Shown here piece after piece: positions 1 through 8,885 of a stretch of DNA of 64,000 bases. Source of the DNA: Candidatus Altimarinota bacterium (lineage in GTDB: Bacteria; Patescibacteriota; Gracilibacteria; 1-14-2-50-48-13); assembly GCA_046314355.1 (NCBI GenBank), contig JBKBWQ010000001.1, positions 736,001-800,000 on the forward strand. The letters run 5' to 3'. The stretch's first letter is position 1; each line of letters opens with the position of its first letter. Made by a program: the position numbers and the translations under genes. The notes under the pieces were generated by a model. It was not told where the DNA came from, made no database searches, and was given only the letters and a program-made list of their open reading frames with translations.

Positions 1-78
1 ATTCTCAAGAGAAAAAGTAAGAGTTGACTAGGAGAAAATTGATTTGTATGGGATAACCACTCCTACATGAACACATTT

Positions 79-1566
79 TTAGGACAGCAAACCTAGCTCT
101 AGACGAAGTCCATTGATATCTCTTTTCATATTTTCGTCCTTTTTCATAGCCTTCTCTACTTTGTTACATGCATGCATTACAGTGGAATGAAGCCTTCCTC
201 CAAGCAGCTCTCCGATACGTTCAAAAGTCATGCCTAAATCCTGCTTTGCAATATACATAACTACACTTCTTGCTGTGACAATTTCCTTTTTTCTCGTCTC
301 TCCTAGAATATCCTCTCCGGTAACATGATAGAATGGTCCTACCACATTCATAACATCTTCCACAGTTGTCGCCTTTGTTCGAGGTCCCTGGAAAGAATTA
401 TATCCGATAATTCTCTGATTTTTATTAAGCTTCATGAGTGTAGGACCAATTGTCTTAATAGTAGGAGTTACATGAGTAAGCTCATACTGTGCAACTGCCT
501 GCTGAAGTACCCCCTCAAGCTCTCTAATACTTGACTGCACATTGTGTGCAATAAATTCTATTACTTCATTAGAAAGTATGATTCCTCGATCCTGACATTT
601 TGAATGAAGGATAGCACATCTCGTCTCGAAATCAGGCATAGAGACATCTACGATCATTCCCCATTCAAAACGGGACTGAAGTCTTGCTTCAAGCTGTGAG
701 AGTTCCTTTGGAGGTCTGTCAGAACTTAGGATAATCTGCTTTTTTGCCTGATATAGTTCATTAAAAGTATGGAAGAACTCTATCTGTGTCTGCTGCTTTT
801 GTGCAAGAAACTGCACATCATCCACAATCAACACATCTATGTTTCTATACTTGCGTCGGAGTTGATCAGTCTTATGATTACCAATAGCTTCGATAAGCTC
901 ATTCATAAATTTCTCTGATGTGACATAGACAATCCGCTTTTTAGGATAGCGTTTGAGAATCTCATTCCCTGTTCCCTGGAGCAAGTGAGTCTTACCAAGT
1001 CCTACTCCACCATAAATAAATAAAGGATTATATGCTTCTCCCGGTGCCCTAGCTACAGCACTACATGCTGCATATGCCAGCTGTGTTTCTGGACCTACGA
1101 CAAAGTTATCAAGTCTATATTTAGGGTTTAGTACTTTACTTGTAATTCCGTCTATAAGTAGGACTTCCGTCGGCATCACGACTTCCTCATGCTGCGCATT
1201 ATGTGTATTATTATCCTTTGCCACTCCTTCAGCAATTTCCTCAGTATGCATTTGAGATATACCTACAATATCTACAGATCTTTTCTTCTGAAGATAGAGA
1301 GAACCATCTACCACAAGCCTAACGTGCTCCACTAACGGCAACTCTTCCTGTACAGATTCTTTAAGAGCCGAGAGAAATTTTTCAGCAATATTATTAAATG
1401 CCATCTCTGTCGGTACTGCTACCACAAGTGTATTATCATTAATCTCAGCAACTTCTGTATTGCGGAACCATGTGAGGAACTGACTTTTTGGAATCTTTTT
1501 CGTCAGATGCCCTAGTATGTTTTTCCACAAAGACTTTAGCTCTTTCTCATCCATGTGCATACTCAA
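79..1566 (-). CDS. dnaA: Chromosomal replication initiator DnaA (true start may be ATG 1560 or 1554)
   Basis: YNPLFIYGGVGLGKTHL Walker A, DDVQFL Walker B, SDRPPKEL, RLQSRFEWG, domain IV GGRLHSTVMHA. Confidence 0.98.
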   Translation of the reverse strand: MSMHMDEKELKSLWKNILGHLTKKIPKSQFLTWFRNTEVAEINDNTLVVAVPTEMAFNNIAEKFLSALKESVQEELPLVEHVRLVVDGSLYLQKKRSVDIVGISQMHTEEIAEGVAKDNNTHNAQHEEVVMPTEVLLIDGITSKVLNPKYRLDNFVVGPETQLAYAACSAVARAPGEAYNPLFIYGGVGLGKTHLLQGTGNEILKRYPKKRIVYVTSEKFMNELIEAIGNHKTDQLRRKYRNIDVLIVDDVQFLAQKQQTQIEFFHTFNELYQAKKQIILSSDRPPKELSQLEARLQSRFEWGMIVDVSMPDFETRCAILHSKCQDRGIILSNEVIEFIAHNVQSSIRELEGVLQQAVAQYELTHVTPTIKTIGPTLMKLNKNQRIIGYNSFQGPRTKATTVEDVMNVVGPFYHVTGEDILGETRKKEIVTARSVVMYIAKQDLGMTFERIGELLGGRLHSTVMHACNKVEKAMKKDENMKRDINGLRLELGLLS

Positions 1567-1687
1567 ATAGGTAGATAATATTGGAAGAAATATGTAGTAT
1601 TGTTGTAATCTTTTTGGACTTCATAGGCAAGACAAAAAATTGATTAAGCGTATACAAAAAATGTTCTATAGTTTTTTAAAAGTATAC

Positions 1688-1719
1688 AAATAGAGATCTC
1701 CAGAAGAGATCTCTATTTT
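1688..1719. terminator. Intrinsic terminator hairpin between STAS gene and dnaA
   Basis: AAATAGAGATCTC-cagaa-GAGATCTCTATTT inverted repeat. Confidence 0.65.
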
Positions 1720-1746
1720 CAACAACTATATAAGAAACAATAACTA

Positions 1747-2244
1747 TTATGCAGCCTTACTTCCTGTATTATTTTCATTTGTAAACGGTATGATTTTTTC
1801 TACCTGAGCATCATTTGATGAATCTGCCAACTGCGTAGGCATGTTTGTGGTTGCCTTCTCTGTCGTACCATTATTAAGGACAGCAAGCTTTGATTCATCT
1901 ACAGAATGGAACATCTTAATAAAGTTATCAAGCCCCACAGTCCGCAAAATATCACTAATATTTTCTCTAGGTGCAGCAATGAGTAGCTCTGCTCCCTTTT
2001 CAGAAATCTTTGAAAACCAGTCGCTTAAGTACCCAATAGATTTAGAGTTCATATAATTGAGCTGGGAGAAGTCAAAAATAAATGGAGTATTTACTGGTGC
2101 ATCTGCGATAATCTTATAAATTTGAACTGCAGTGTCATCAATATTGCTCTCATCAAGTTCTCCGCGAAACTCTACTACCATAACCTTGTGATCCGGCATG
2201 TCGAGAATATCGCTTCTGAAATGTACTTCGATAGGAGTAACCAT
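1747..2244 (-). CDS. STAS-domain anti-sigma factor antagonist (RsbV/SpoIIAA-like)
   Basis: VVEFRGELD, FDFSQLNYMNSKSIGYL (phospho-Ser position), ILRTVGLD. Confidence 0.88.
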   Translation of the reverse strand: MVTPIEVHFRSDILDMPDHKVMVVEFRGELDESNIDDTAVQIYKIIADAPVNTPFIFDFSQLNYMNSKSIGYLSDWFSKISEKGAELLIAAPRENISDILRTVGLDNFIKMFHSVDESKLAVLNNGTTEKATTNMPTQLADSSNDAQVEKIIPFTNENNTGSKAA

Positions 2245-2267
2245 ATAGTTGTTTTTTAAATGTAAAA

Positions 2268-2756
2268 TTATGCAGATTGGATATATTTTCTTGCTCTTAC
2301 CAGCATACCACCTTCAGGACGGTTTTTGAATTCAAGTTCATCAGTCCATCTGGCGACAATCCTTGCAAGACCTCTTCCTCTCAGACCATGTACTTCCGAG
2401 TCTGGAAGATCCTTGCGAGCATTGATAAGAACAGTAAGTTCCTTTGCGTCGATTATCTTGCCTCCATTTCCCTTGTCCTCTACGATTATCTCCAGCCATT
2501 GTGAAGGTTTTGTATAAAAGCTCAAGACAATCTCCTCGCCTGGATAAGAACCATGTTCTATAGCATTATTACAGAGTTCATCTACGATAGTCTGGAAGCG
2601 GAATGCCCATTGATCAGCAAGACCAGTAAGATTTCGTACCATTTCGAGGGTAAAGTCCCGGACGCCTGACTGGAAATACAATGCGCTTGGCATAATAATC
2701 GCTATGCGCTGTATATCAGGGTCGGATTGATAAAGCTGTGAGGTGGCTGTAATCAT
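2268..2756 (-). CDS. Anti-sigma factor Ser/Thr kinase (RsbW/SpoIIAB-like HATPase_c)
   Basis: N-box ELCNNAIEHG, G1 VEDKGNG, G2 RGRGLARI; adjacent to STAS gene. Confidence 0.88.
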   Translation of the reverse strand: MITATSQLYQSDPDIQRIAIIMPSALYFQSGVRDFTLEMVRNLTGLADQWAFRFQTIVDELCNNAIEHGSYPGEEIVLSFYTKPSQWLEIIVEDKGNGGKIIDAKELTVLINARKDLPDSEVHGLRGRGLARIVARWTDELEFKNRPEGGMLVRARKYIQSA

Positions 2757-2765
2757 AAAAGAAAA

Positions 2766-3416
2766 TTAGACATGAATGGAAGACATTGCTCGTCTTCTGA
2801 CCGTGTTCCAGTCGTAGGAGAATTTGAATACTCCATAAACTTCTACTACTTCAGAGAAGGCACTCCAGGGATTATACTGGTCATACAAGAAAGAGCTGCC
2901 TCTTTCAGTAAAAGGATTATACTGTTCAACAAAAGGCGGAAGCTCTTTTTGCTTATAAGCAATCACCACTCCGCCAAATCCAAGTACTCTTTGCATATAC
3001 ATCGCACTATTTCTCACTTTTTTCTCTACAAAAAGAAATGCATCCGCTCCACTAAGCAGTTCTACATTTGTAATACCATCATCTGAAGAGAGATAGTATG
3101 GATACTTGCCTGCAAACTCCTTGGACTCCAGAGCATCATCCGCAAAAACAAACACTGGCGATACAGAGGACACTGATACGAGTGCCTCTTTAGACCTTAC
3201 AAGCATATCCTTCTCTTCCTGAGAAAGATCTTTCCAAGACTTTGTAACCACAATAGCTACAAGCAAAGTTTTTTTACTTGTAGAAAGACCAAGACTAGTA
3301 AGTAAATACTCTTTATTAGTATTTTTCTTAGTAATGTTGAGTTCTGTATAAGGTTCTTTAAGTCCTTTCACAGTGGATGGATGAAGAAAGAATGATGCTT
3401 GTTTGTGTGGAGCCAT
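2766..3416 (-). CDS. Hypothetical protein resembling the C-terminal domain of glycogen synthase (GT-B fragment)
   Basis: C-terminus YNPFTERGSSFLYDQYNPWSAFSEVVEVYGVFKFSYDWNTVRRRAM parallels the GlgA C-terminal pattern; no N-terminal catalytic domain. Confidence 0.5.
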   Translation of the reverse strand: MAPHKQASFFLHPSTVKGLKEPYTELNITKKNTNKEYLLTSLGLSTSKKTLLVAIVVTKSWKDLSQEEKDMLVRSKEALVSVSSVSPVFVFADDALESKEFAGKYPYYLSSDDGITNVELLSGADAFLFVEKKVRNSAMYMQRVLGFGGVVIAYKQKELPPFVEQYNPFTERGSSFLYDQYNPWSAFSEVVEVYGVFKFSYDWNTVRRRAMSSIHV

Positions 3417-3710
3417 ATGTGTTTGCTTTTTATTTGTAAGTTGTAGAGATTCGTATCTATCTGTTAATTATACCAGCATGCAATTGCTGTGTCTTACGAC
3501 TCTACTATACATTTTTTGAAATAACGTTATAGTTATCTATTTTCTCTACTCTGTATTTTATCACAAGAATACAGTTTTTGCAAATACTGTAGCGGGATTA
3601 CCTAGGTCCATACGCTTTTTAAAAATAAAGGTCGCTTTTTTTAATTTACCTTGACTTATAGCTCTCTGATTCATAAGATTAGACGGTCTCACACTTTAAC
3701 TACCGAGCTT

Positions 3711-4217
3711 ATTAAAACTGCGCGAACCAATAACGAAATCCGCTCTCCAAGAATCAACTTAATCATAGGAGAAGCTGCACCAGTAGTCATGTCTATAGAA
3801 GAAGCACGACGTGTTGCCGAGGAGCAGGAGATGGATCTCGTAGAAGTAAATCCAAATTCTACCCCGCCTCTCTGTAAACTGATGGATTACGGAAAGTTCA
3901 TGTATAAAAAGAAGAAGCAGGAGCAGAATGCGAAGAAGAGTCAAAAACAGGTAGAGGTAAAAACACTGCGTTTCGGATTTCGTATTTCTGAACATGATCT
4001 CGATATCAAGAATCAGCAGGCAAGAAAGTTTCTTGAGAAAGGTAATCTCATTAAGATTCAATCCTCTGGAAAAGGACGTGAACTAGCTTATGTTGAACAA
4101 GCAAAGAAAAAAGTTGAAAAATTCATTGCAAATCTTGCAGATATAGCTACAGTGGAACAACAACCGAAGGTAACAGGAGGAAATATTCACTGTATTATCA
4201 AGCCTACGAAAAAATAA
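3711..4217 (+). CDS. infC: Translation initiation factor IF-3, probable ATT start at 3711
   Basis: NNEIR, MDLVEV, PPLCKLMDYGKF, ISEHDL; followed by rpmI-rplT; in-frame ATT at 3711. Confidence 0.95.
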   Translation: MKTARTNNEIRSPRINLIIGEAAPVVMSIEEARRVAEEQEMDLVEVNPNSTPPLCKLMDYGKFMYKKKKQEQNAKKSQKQVEVKTLRFGFRISEHDLDIKNQQARKFLEKGNLIKIQSSGKGRELAYVEQAKKKVEKFIANLADIATVEQQPKVTGGNIHCIIKPTKK

Positions 4218-4244
4218 TTATTTATTCTACTCTACAAATTAACT

Positions 4245-4442
4245 ATGAAGCTCAAAACACATAGTGGTACTAAGAAAAGAGTGAAGGTCACTGGAACCGG
4301 AAAACTTATCTTCAACAAGCCATGTTCTAATCACTTGATGACTAACAAGTCTAAGCAGTCAAAGAAAAGAAATCCAAACGGAATTCTTGTATCTAAAGCA
4401 ATGGCAAAACGAATGAAGAGACTTATGCCATACGGAGCGTAA
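4245..4442 (+). CDS. rpmI: 50S ribosomal protein L35
   Basis: MKLKTHSGTKKRVKVTGTGK; operon position. Confidence 0.96.
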   Translation: MKLKTHSGTKKRVKVTGTGKLIFNKPCSNHLMTNKSKQSKKRNPNGILVSKAMAKRMKRLMPYGA

Positions 4443-4479
4443 TTTATATTTATACTTTGATTTTCTTACATAATCAGCC

Positions 4480-4824
4480 ATGAGTCGAGTAAAAAGAGGT
4501 GTCGTAACTAAGAGAAGACACAAAAAAATCATGAAGCTTGCGAAGGGATATAGAAATATACGACATTCAAGTTTCCGAAGAGCAAAAGAAACTATCATGA
4601 AGGCAGGTATGCATGCATTTGCAGACCGAAGAAAGAAGAAGAGAGTATTTAGATCTCTTTGGATTCTCCGAATCAATGCCGCAGTACGAGAGCATGGACT
4701 TAGCTATAGTGTATTCATGAACAAACTCATGGAAAAAGGTATCACACTCAACAGAAAGACTCTTTCTGAAATGGCAGTAACTCAGCCTGAGACATTTGCA
4801 AAGATTGTAGAGAGCGTAAAGTAA
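4480..4824 (+). CDS. rplT: 50S ribosomal protein L20
   Basis: [29 protein letters not shown]. Confidence 0.98.
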   Translation: MSRVKRGVVTKRRHKKIMKLAKGYRNIRHSSFRRAKETIMKAGMHAFADRRKKKRVFRSLWILRINAAVREHGLSYSVFMNKLMEKGITLNRKTLSEMAVTQPETFAKIVESVK

Positions 4825-4851
4825 ATTTCTCTCCGCTAAAGAATAAAATTA

Positions 4852-4884
4852 AAAAGACCAGAGATTACAATCTCTGGTCTTTTT
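4852..4884 (+). terminator. Intrinsic terminator of infC-rpmI-rplT
   Basis: AAAAGACCAGAGATT-ac-AATCTCTGGTCTTTTT. Confidence 0.8.
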
Positions 4885-5007
4885 ATATTACACTTTTTAA
4901 AGCAATCATTGACTTTATCCTAAAAATATTCTATACACATACATCTATATTTTTACTAATTAGTAAAAATATAGATAAGATCATTAAAATCTATAAAGGA
5001 GGGTCAT

Positions 5008-5457
5008 ATGACCAATTCAATTACCTTTACTGCGGCTACGACATTAGCTTTCATTGCAGTACTCTTCTACGGATGCCAGAACTGGATTCTGGAAATGAAA
5101 TTATCGCAGTATAATCCTGCAATAATTCTTTTAATAGCATATGCGGTTATGGTACCGCTAACGCTGGCAATCTACTTTTTAGTACCTCCACCTGCTGGAA
5201 CAATCCCAGGATTACCTAAAGACAAGGATTTATACTGGACCATTGGCGCAGGTCTTCTATTCTTTCTTGCTGATATTCTCTTTGTTACAGCATATGGCAT
5301 GAAAGGTCAGAGTTTCAATATTGGTATCTTACTTATGTTTATACCAATCATAGTTCTTTTGATCAAAATGATTACAGGAGGCATAATGCCTAACGTACAA
5401 CAATGGGCTGGATATGTATTCGCTGCCCTCGCAGTTGTATTGATCTTAAAAAAATAA
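5008..5457 (+). CDS. EamA/DMT-like small membrane transporter
   Basis: About five hydrophobic segments, single EamA-type repeat; AAGGAGG SD and TTGACT-17-TATACA promoter upstream. Confidence 0.6.
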   Translation: MTNSITFTAATTLAFIAVLFYGCQNWILEMKLSQYNPAIILLIAYAVMVPLTLAIYFLVPPPAGTIPGLPKDKDLYWTIGAGLLFFLADILFVTAYGMKGQSFNIGILLMFIPIIVLLIKMITGGIMPNVQQWAGYVFAALAVVLILKK

Positions 5458-5522
5458 AAACATTTAACCGTGAACGCTATAAGCGCTTCACGGTTCTTTT
5501 TAGTAGAAAAATTCGAATGTAA

Positions 5523-6251
5523 TTACACGATCTCCACCCTCCCCTCCGTCGTTTTTTCAACAATTTTTGAAGACTTCAATGTTTTACGAATCTTATTATT
5601 AATATCAAAATGCAGTGCTTCAATATCCATCTCCAACACATATAATGAGACTATTCTAATCCTGCCGTGCTTGTCTACAATAAAATTTCTTAATATCTCC
5701 TCTAAGCTTTTTTCTTTTCCTACTAACGCGAACTTCAATGAAGTAAGGAGATTTTGGATAGTACATGCATAGGTGATAGACTGCGAAGCCTCCTGGGTCT
5801 GCAATACTTTAAATGCTCCCATAAGCATCCTTTTAAACTGCAGCTGTAAGTCCTCACTATCTGTTAGGTCACTCAGAGACAAATGTCTGCCTGGGATATA
5901 TTCCTGTTTTATATAAAACAGTTCCGGATCTTTTTGGAAAAGCACAACTTCAGTAGTTGGAAAGAGTATGGGATTTCGATGCTGTTCTTTATTATACTTC
6001 TGGATAGCTTCGAGCTCACTTATCACCTCTGAATAAGACATCTGTGTCTTAGGGATTTTGACTAGATAGTCTTTCTCTTTTCGAAGCAAGACGCGATAGG
6101 TGTGTGAGTGTTTTAATTCCTCTGCGCCTGACATAGCCTTTGACCTAGAAAACTCTTTGAAGAAAGTTTTAATAGGCTCAAAATCTCCATTTGCATACTT
6201 ATTATAAAAACGCCCCTTTTCTGTTAAGTACCTTTCTAAGCTATTCTCCAA
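5523..6251 (-). CDS. Hypothetical protein with degenerate protein-kinase-like motifs
   Basis: YLVKIP, SELEAI, KQEYIPG, RNFIVD, IRIVSL in kinase subdomain order. Confidence 0.5.
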   Translation of the reverse strand: MENSLERYLTEKGRFYNKYANGDFEPIKTFFKEFSRSKAMSGAEELKHSHTYRVLLRKEKDYLVKIPKTQMSYSEVISELEAIQKYNKEQHRNPILFPTTEVVLFQKDPELFYIKQEYIPGRHLSLSDLTDSEDLQLQFKRMLMGAFKVLQTQEASQSITYACTIQNLLTSLKFALVGKEKSLEEILRNFIVDKHGRIRIVSLYVLEMDIEALHFDINNKIRKTLKSSKIVEKTTEGRVEIV

Positions 6252-6501
6252 GATGACTATTAAAATCTATTGTGACTATTTGTAAAGGATTCTAGGAAAA
6301 AGTAAAGGAGAACTTAATAAAAATGTTTATACTCTCATGAGATGAAAAAGACTCTCCATACTAGAAGTTCAGATATTGACTTATGTATATATTTTATGTA
6401 CAACACACATGTTGAGCAATTATGGCTTTCATGAATTGCGTATGCGTTTTTTGAAAAACAGTAATTGCTTTGAATATAGAAGTATAAAAGGAGAATAGAT
6501 A

Positions 6502-7020
6502 ATGTTTGCAACACCAGAAGTGTTTTCATGTATAAGATGTGGAAAAGACTTTAAGCCAGATGCCTTAAAAAGTGGGGATTATGGAATAAAGGCAAAAAAA
6601 TTAGGACTTGTATGTCAGTATGGTCATGTCGATCCTATCTATAGTGAATTGGCTTCGGTTTTTGTCATATGCACAGAAGGAGATCCAAAGAGAGTACTGT
6701 TCACAGAATCAAAAACGGGACTTAGACTTCCATACTCTTCTACTGTTAAAGATGAAGACATTGGACATGACGTTGAGATAATAACAGCTCAAAAGGTGAT
6801 TTCAAAAACTCATATCAATGAAATACTTGGAGGAATTATTGCAAGAGGTTTGGTATGCTACAGTGCCAATAAATTATACCAAGTGACAGTAGAAGAACGT
6901 CCTTTAAAATCCTCTAACTTTGCATGGTATAACGTTAATGATCTACTGAGAGAAGATCCAAGCTTAACTATAGTGACTCCTTCTGAGAGGGTAGTTATAA
7001 AGACACTATTTTCAAAGTAA
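6502..7020 (+). CDS. Hypothetical protein: N-terminal Zn-ribbon plus degenerate Nudix-like region
   Basis: CIRC...CQYGH; RVLFTESKTGLRLP...FAWYNVNDL; AGGAG SD. Confidence 0.5.
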   Translation: MFATPEVFSCIRCGKDFKPDALKSGDYGIKAKKLGLVCQYGHVDPIYSELASVFVICTEGDPKRVLFTESKTGLRLPYSSTVKDEDIGHDVEIITAQKVISKTHINEILGGIIARGLVCYSANKLYQVTVEERPLKSSNFAWYNVNDLLREDPSLTIVTPSERVVIKTLFSK

Positions 7021-7176
7021 ATGCTGTTATCTTACAACACTCAAATCATAAGATTTGAGTGTTGTTTTTATTGTTCACAAGATTATAGTATTCAATTTGT
7101 AGTAAAAAAATTTACCCCTATTATCACTGTGATAAGTCCTATTGTCCTATGCAGAATATGTCTATGTAATTTAAAC

Positions 7177-8625
7177 TTACTTTCTCCTTACCTTCGTACC
7201 GTCCTTCCCATCTTCCAGCATGAACCCTTCCTCTTCAATCTGCTTACGGATCTCGTCTGCTTTTCCAAAATCCTTTGCCTGCTTTGCTTTTACACGCTCC
7301 TCCGAGAGAGCAAGAATATGAGACGGCACTTCTACTTCATCCTCTTCCCAAGGGAGCAGAACCTCTACGACACTATCTATTGTTTCAATAAAAGCAAGCG
7401 TTGCATCTGCTTCGGGACCGCTTACATTATCGTGATCCATCATACTATTTACCACACGCATAAATTCGAAATACTCACTGAAGAAAAGCGGTGTATTAAA
7501 ATCTGCCTCGAGAGCTTCTACCATTTTTCCAAGTGTCTCATTGAGAAGTGTAGAAAAAGTCTTCGTGACTTCTCCCCCATCTGGGATATCTTCAACTCTT
7601 TCAAGAAAACGGTCAAAACTTGCAATCATAGTCTTTGACTGTTCCATAGATTTCCATGAAAAATCCATAGAGCTTCTATAATGCGCCATAAGACACATCA
7701 GTCTATACGTACGAAGAGTGTACCCTTTTGCTTGAATGTCCTTTGGTACAATAATATTTCCCTTACTTTTAGACATCTTTTCTCCATCCACAGTCATATG
7801 TCCTGCATGAGTCCAATATTTTACAAAAGGTTTCTTCTTATTTGCTCCTTCGCTCTGCGCGATCTCACATTCATGATGAGGAAATTTATTATCTACTGCA
7901 CCACCATGGATATCAAGCTGATCACCTAAATATTTCTTAGCCATGGCTGAACATTCAATATGCCATCCTGGATATCCTCTTCCCCACGGACTGTCCCACA
8001 TCATAGTCTGCTCTTTACCTACCACCCATAGTACAAAGTCATGCTGAGAATGTTTCTCCTCTCTTTCTTCTACACGTCCGCTTGCATGTGCCTGAAGTTC
8101 CTTCAATGTATTTCCTGAAAGATCTCCATACTTAGGAAAGCTCTTTATATCATAATATACTCCAGTCTCAGTGACATATGCATGTCCCTTTTCGATAAGA
8201 ATCTGGATCATTTCAATCATTTCCTGAATATGATCTGTTGCCCGCGTAATATGATCTGCATGATCAATATGCAGCGTATCTAAAGTAGAAAGAAAATCTT
8301 CTTCGTAGAATTTCGCAATATCCCAAACTGTTTTATTCTCGCGCTTAGCTGCTTTCTCCATCTTATCCTCCCCAAGATCACTTGCAAGGATATCATCGTC
8401 CGTAAGATGCCCTACATCAGTGATATTCATCACATGAGTCACTCTATAATCCAAAAAAATCAAAGTCCTACGCACAAGGTCCCAGGATAGATATGTTCTA
8501 TAGTTTCCAATATGAGGAAAACCATACACCGTAGGTCCGCAAGTATAAATCTTTACTTCCCTATCACGTAAAGGTTTAAAACGTTCAATTGTTTTGCTAA
8601 GTGAAGAGTAAAGCTCTAGAGCCAT
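7177..8625 (-). CDS. cysS: Cysteine--tRNA ligase
   Basis: YTCGPTVY, HIGN, PGWHIECSAM, HHECEIAQSE, KMSKS. Confidence 0.98.
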   Translation of the reverse strand: MALELYSSLSKTIERFKPLRDREVKIYTCGPTVYGFPHIGNYRTYLSWDLVRRTLIFLDYRVTHVMNITDVGHLTDDDILASDLGEDKMEKAAKRENKTVWDIAKFYEEDFLSTLDTLHIDHADHITRATDHIQEMIEMIQILIEKGHAYVTETGVYYDIKSFPKYGDLSGNTLKELQAHASGRVEEREEKHSQHDFVLWVVGKEQTMMWDSPWGRGYPGWHIECSAMAKKYLGDQLDIHGGAVDNKFPHHECEIAQSEGANKKKPFVKYWTHAGHMTVDGEKMSKSKGNIIVPKDIQAKGYTLRTYRLMCLMAHYRSSMDFSWKSMEQSKTMIASFDRFLERVEDIPDGGEVTKTFSTLLNETLGKMVEALEADFNTPLFFSEYFEFMRVVNSMMDHDNVSGPEADATLAFIETIDSVVEVLLPWEEDEVEVPSHILALSEERVKAKQAKDFGKADEIRKQIEEEGFMLEDGKDGTKVRRK

Positions 8626-8692
8626 AGTGCCTGCGTAAGAAATAATACGTGGTCTATTGTATAGGAAGGAGAGGAAGGAGTAAATGAAAGAA

Positions 8693-8822
8693 GTAATTGA
8701 GTAATTAAGTAATTAAGTAATTGGACTCAATAACTGGGCACTATAATTGGGCTGCAATAATTGAGCTCAATTATTGAGTCCAATGATAAGAGCCCAATAA
8801 TGTGCCCCAATTACTTCATTAC
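8693..8822. repeat. Modular palindromic intergenic element, copy 1
   Basis: Perfect 22-bp palindrome CAATAATTGAGCTCAATTATTG at 8755-8776, flanked by inverted ~13-nt units and GTAATTRA 8-mers. Confidence 0.85.
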
Positions 8823-8885
8823 TTTCTTTCTCTTACAAAAAAACCGCCTCAGCATTTCTGCTAAGACGGTTTCTTCTAAACACTA

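Noticed and set aside
1-1746. oriC next to dnaA
   Set aside because: No perfect TTATCCACA boxes in the flanking intergenic DNA, only weak matches; the origin may lie outside the window
7021-7638. 205-aa plus-strand ORF
   Set aside because: Mostly antisense to cysS, crosses a terminator, non-protein-like composition
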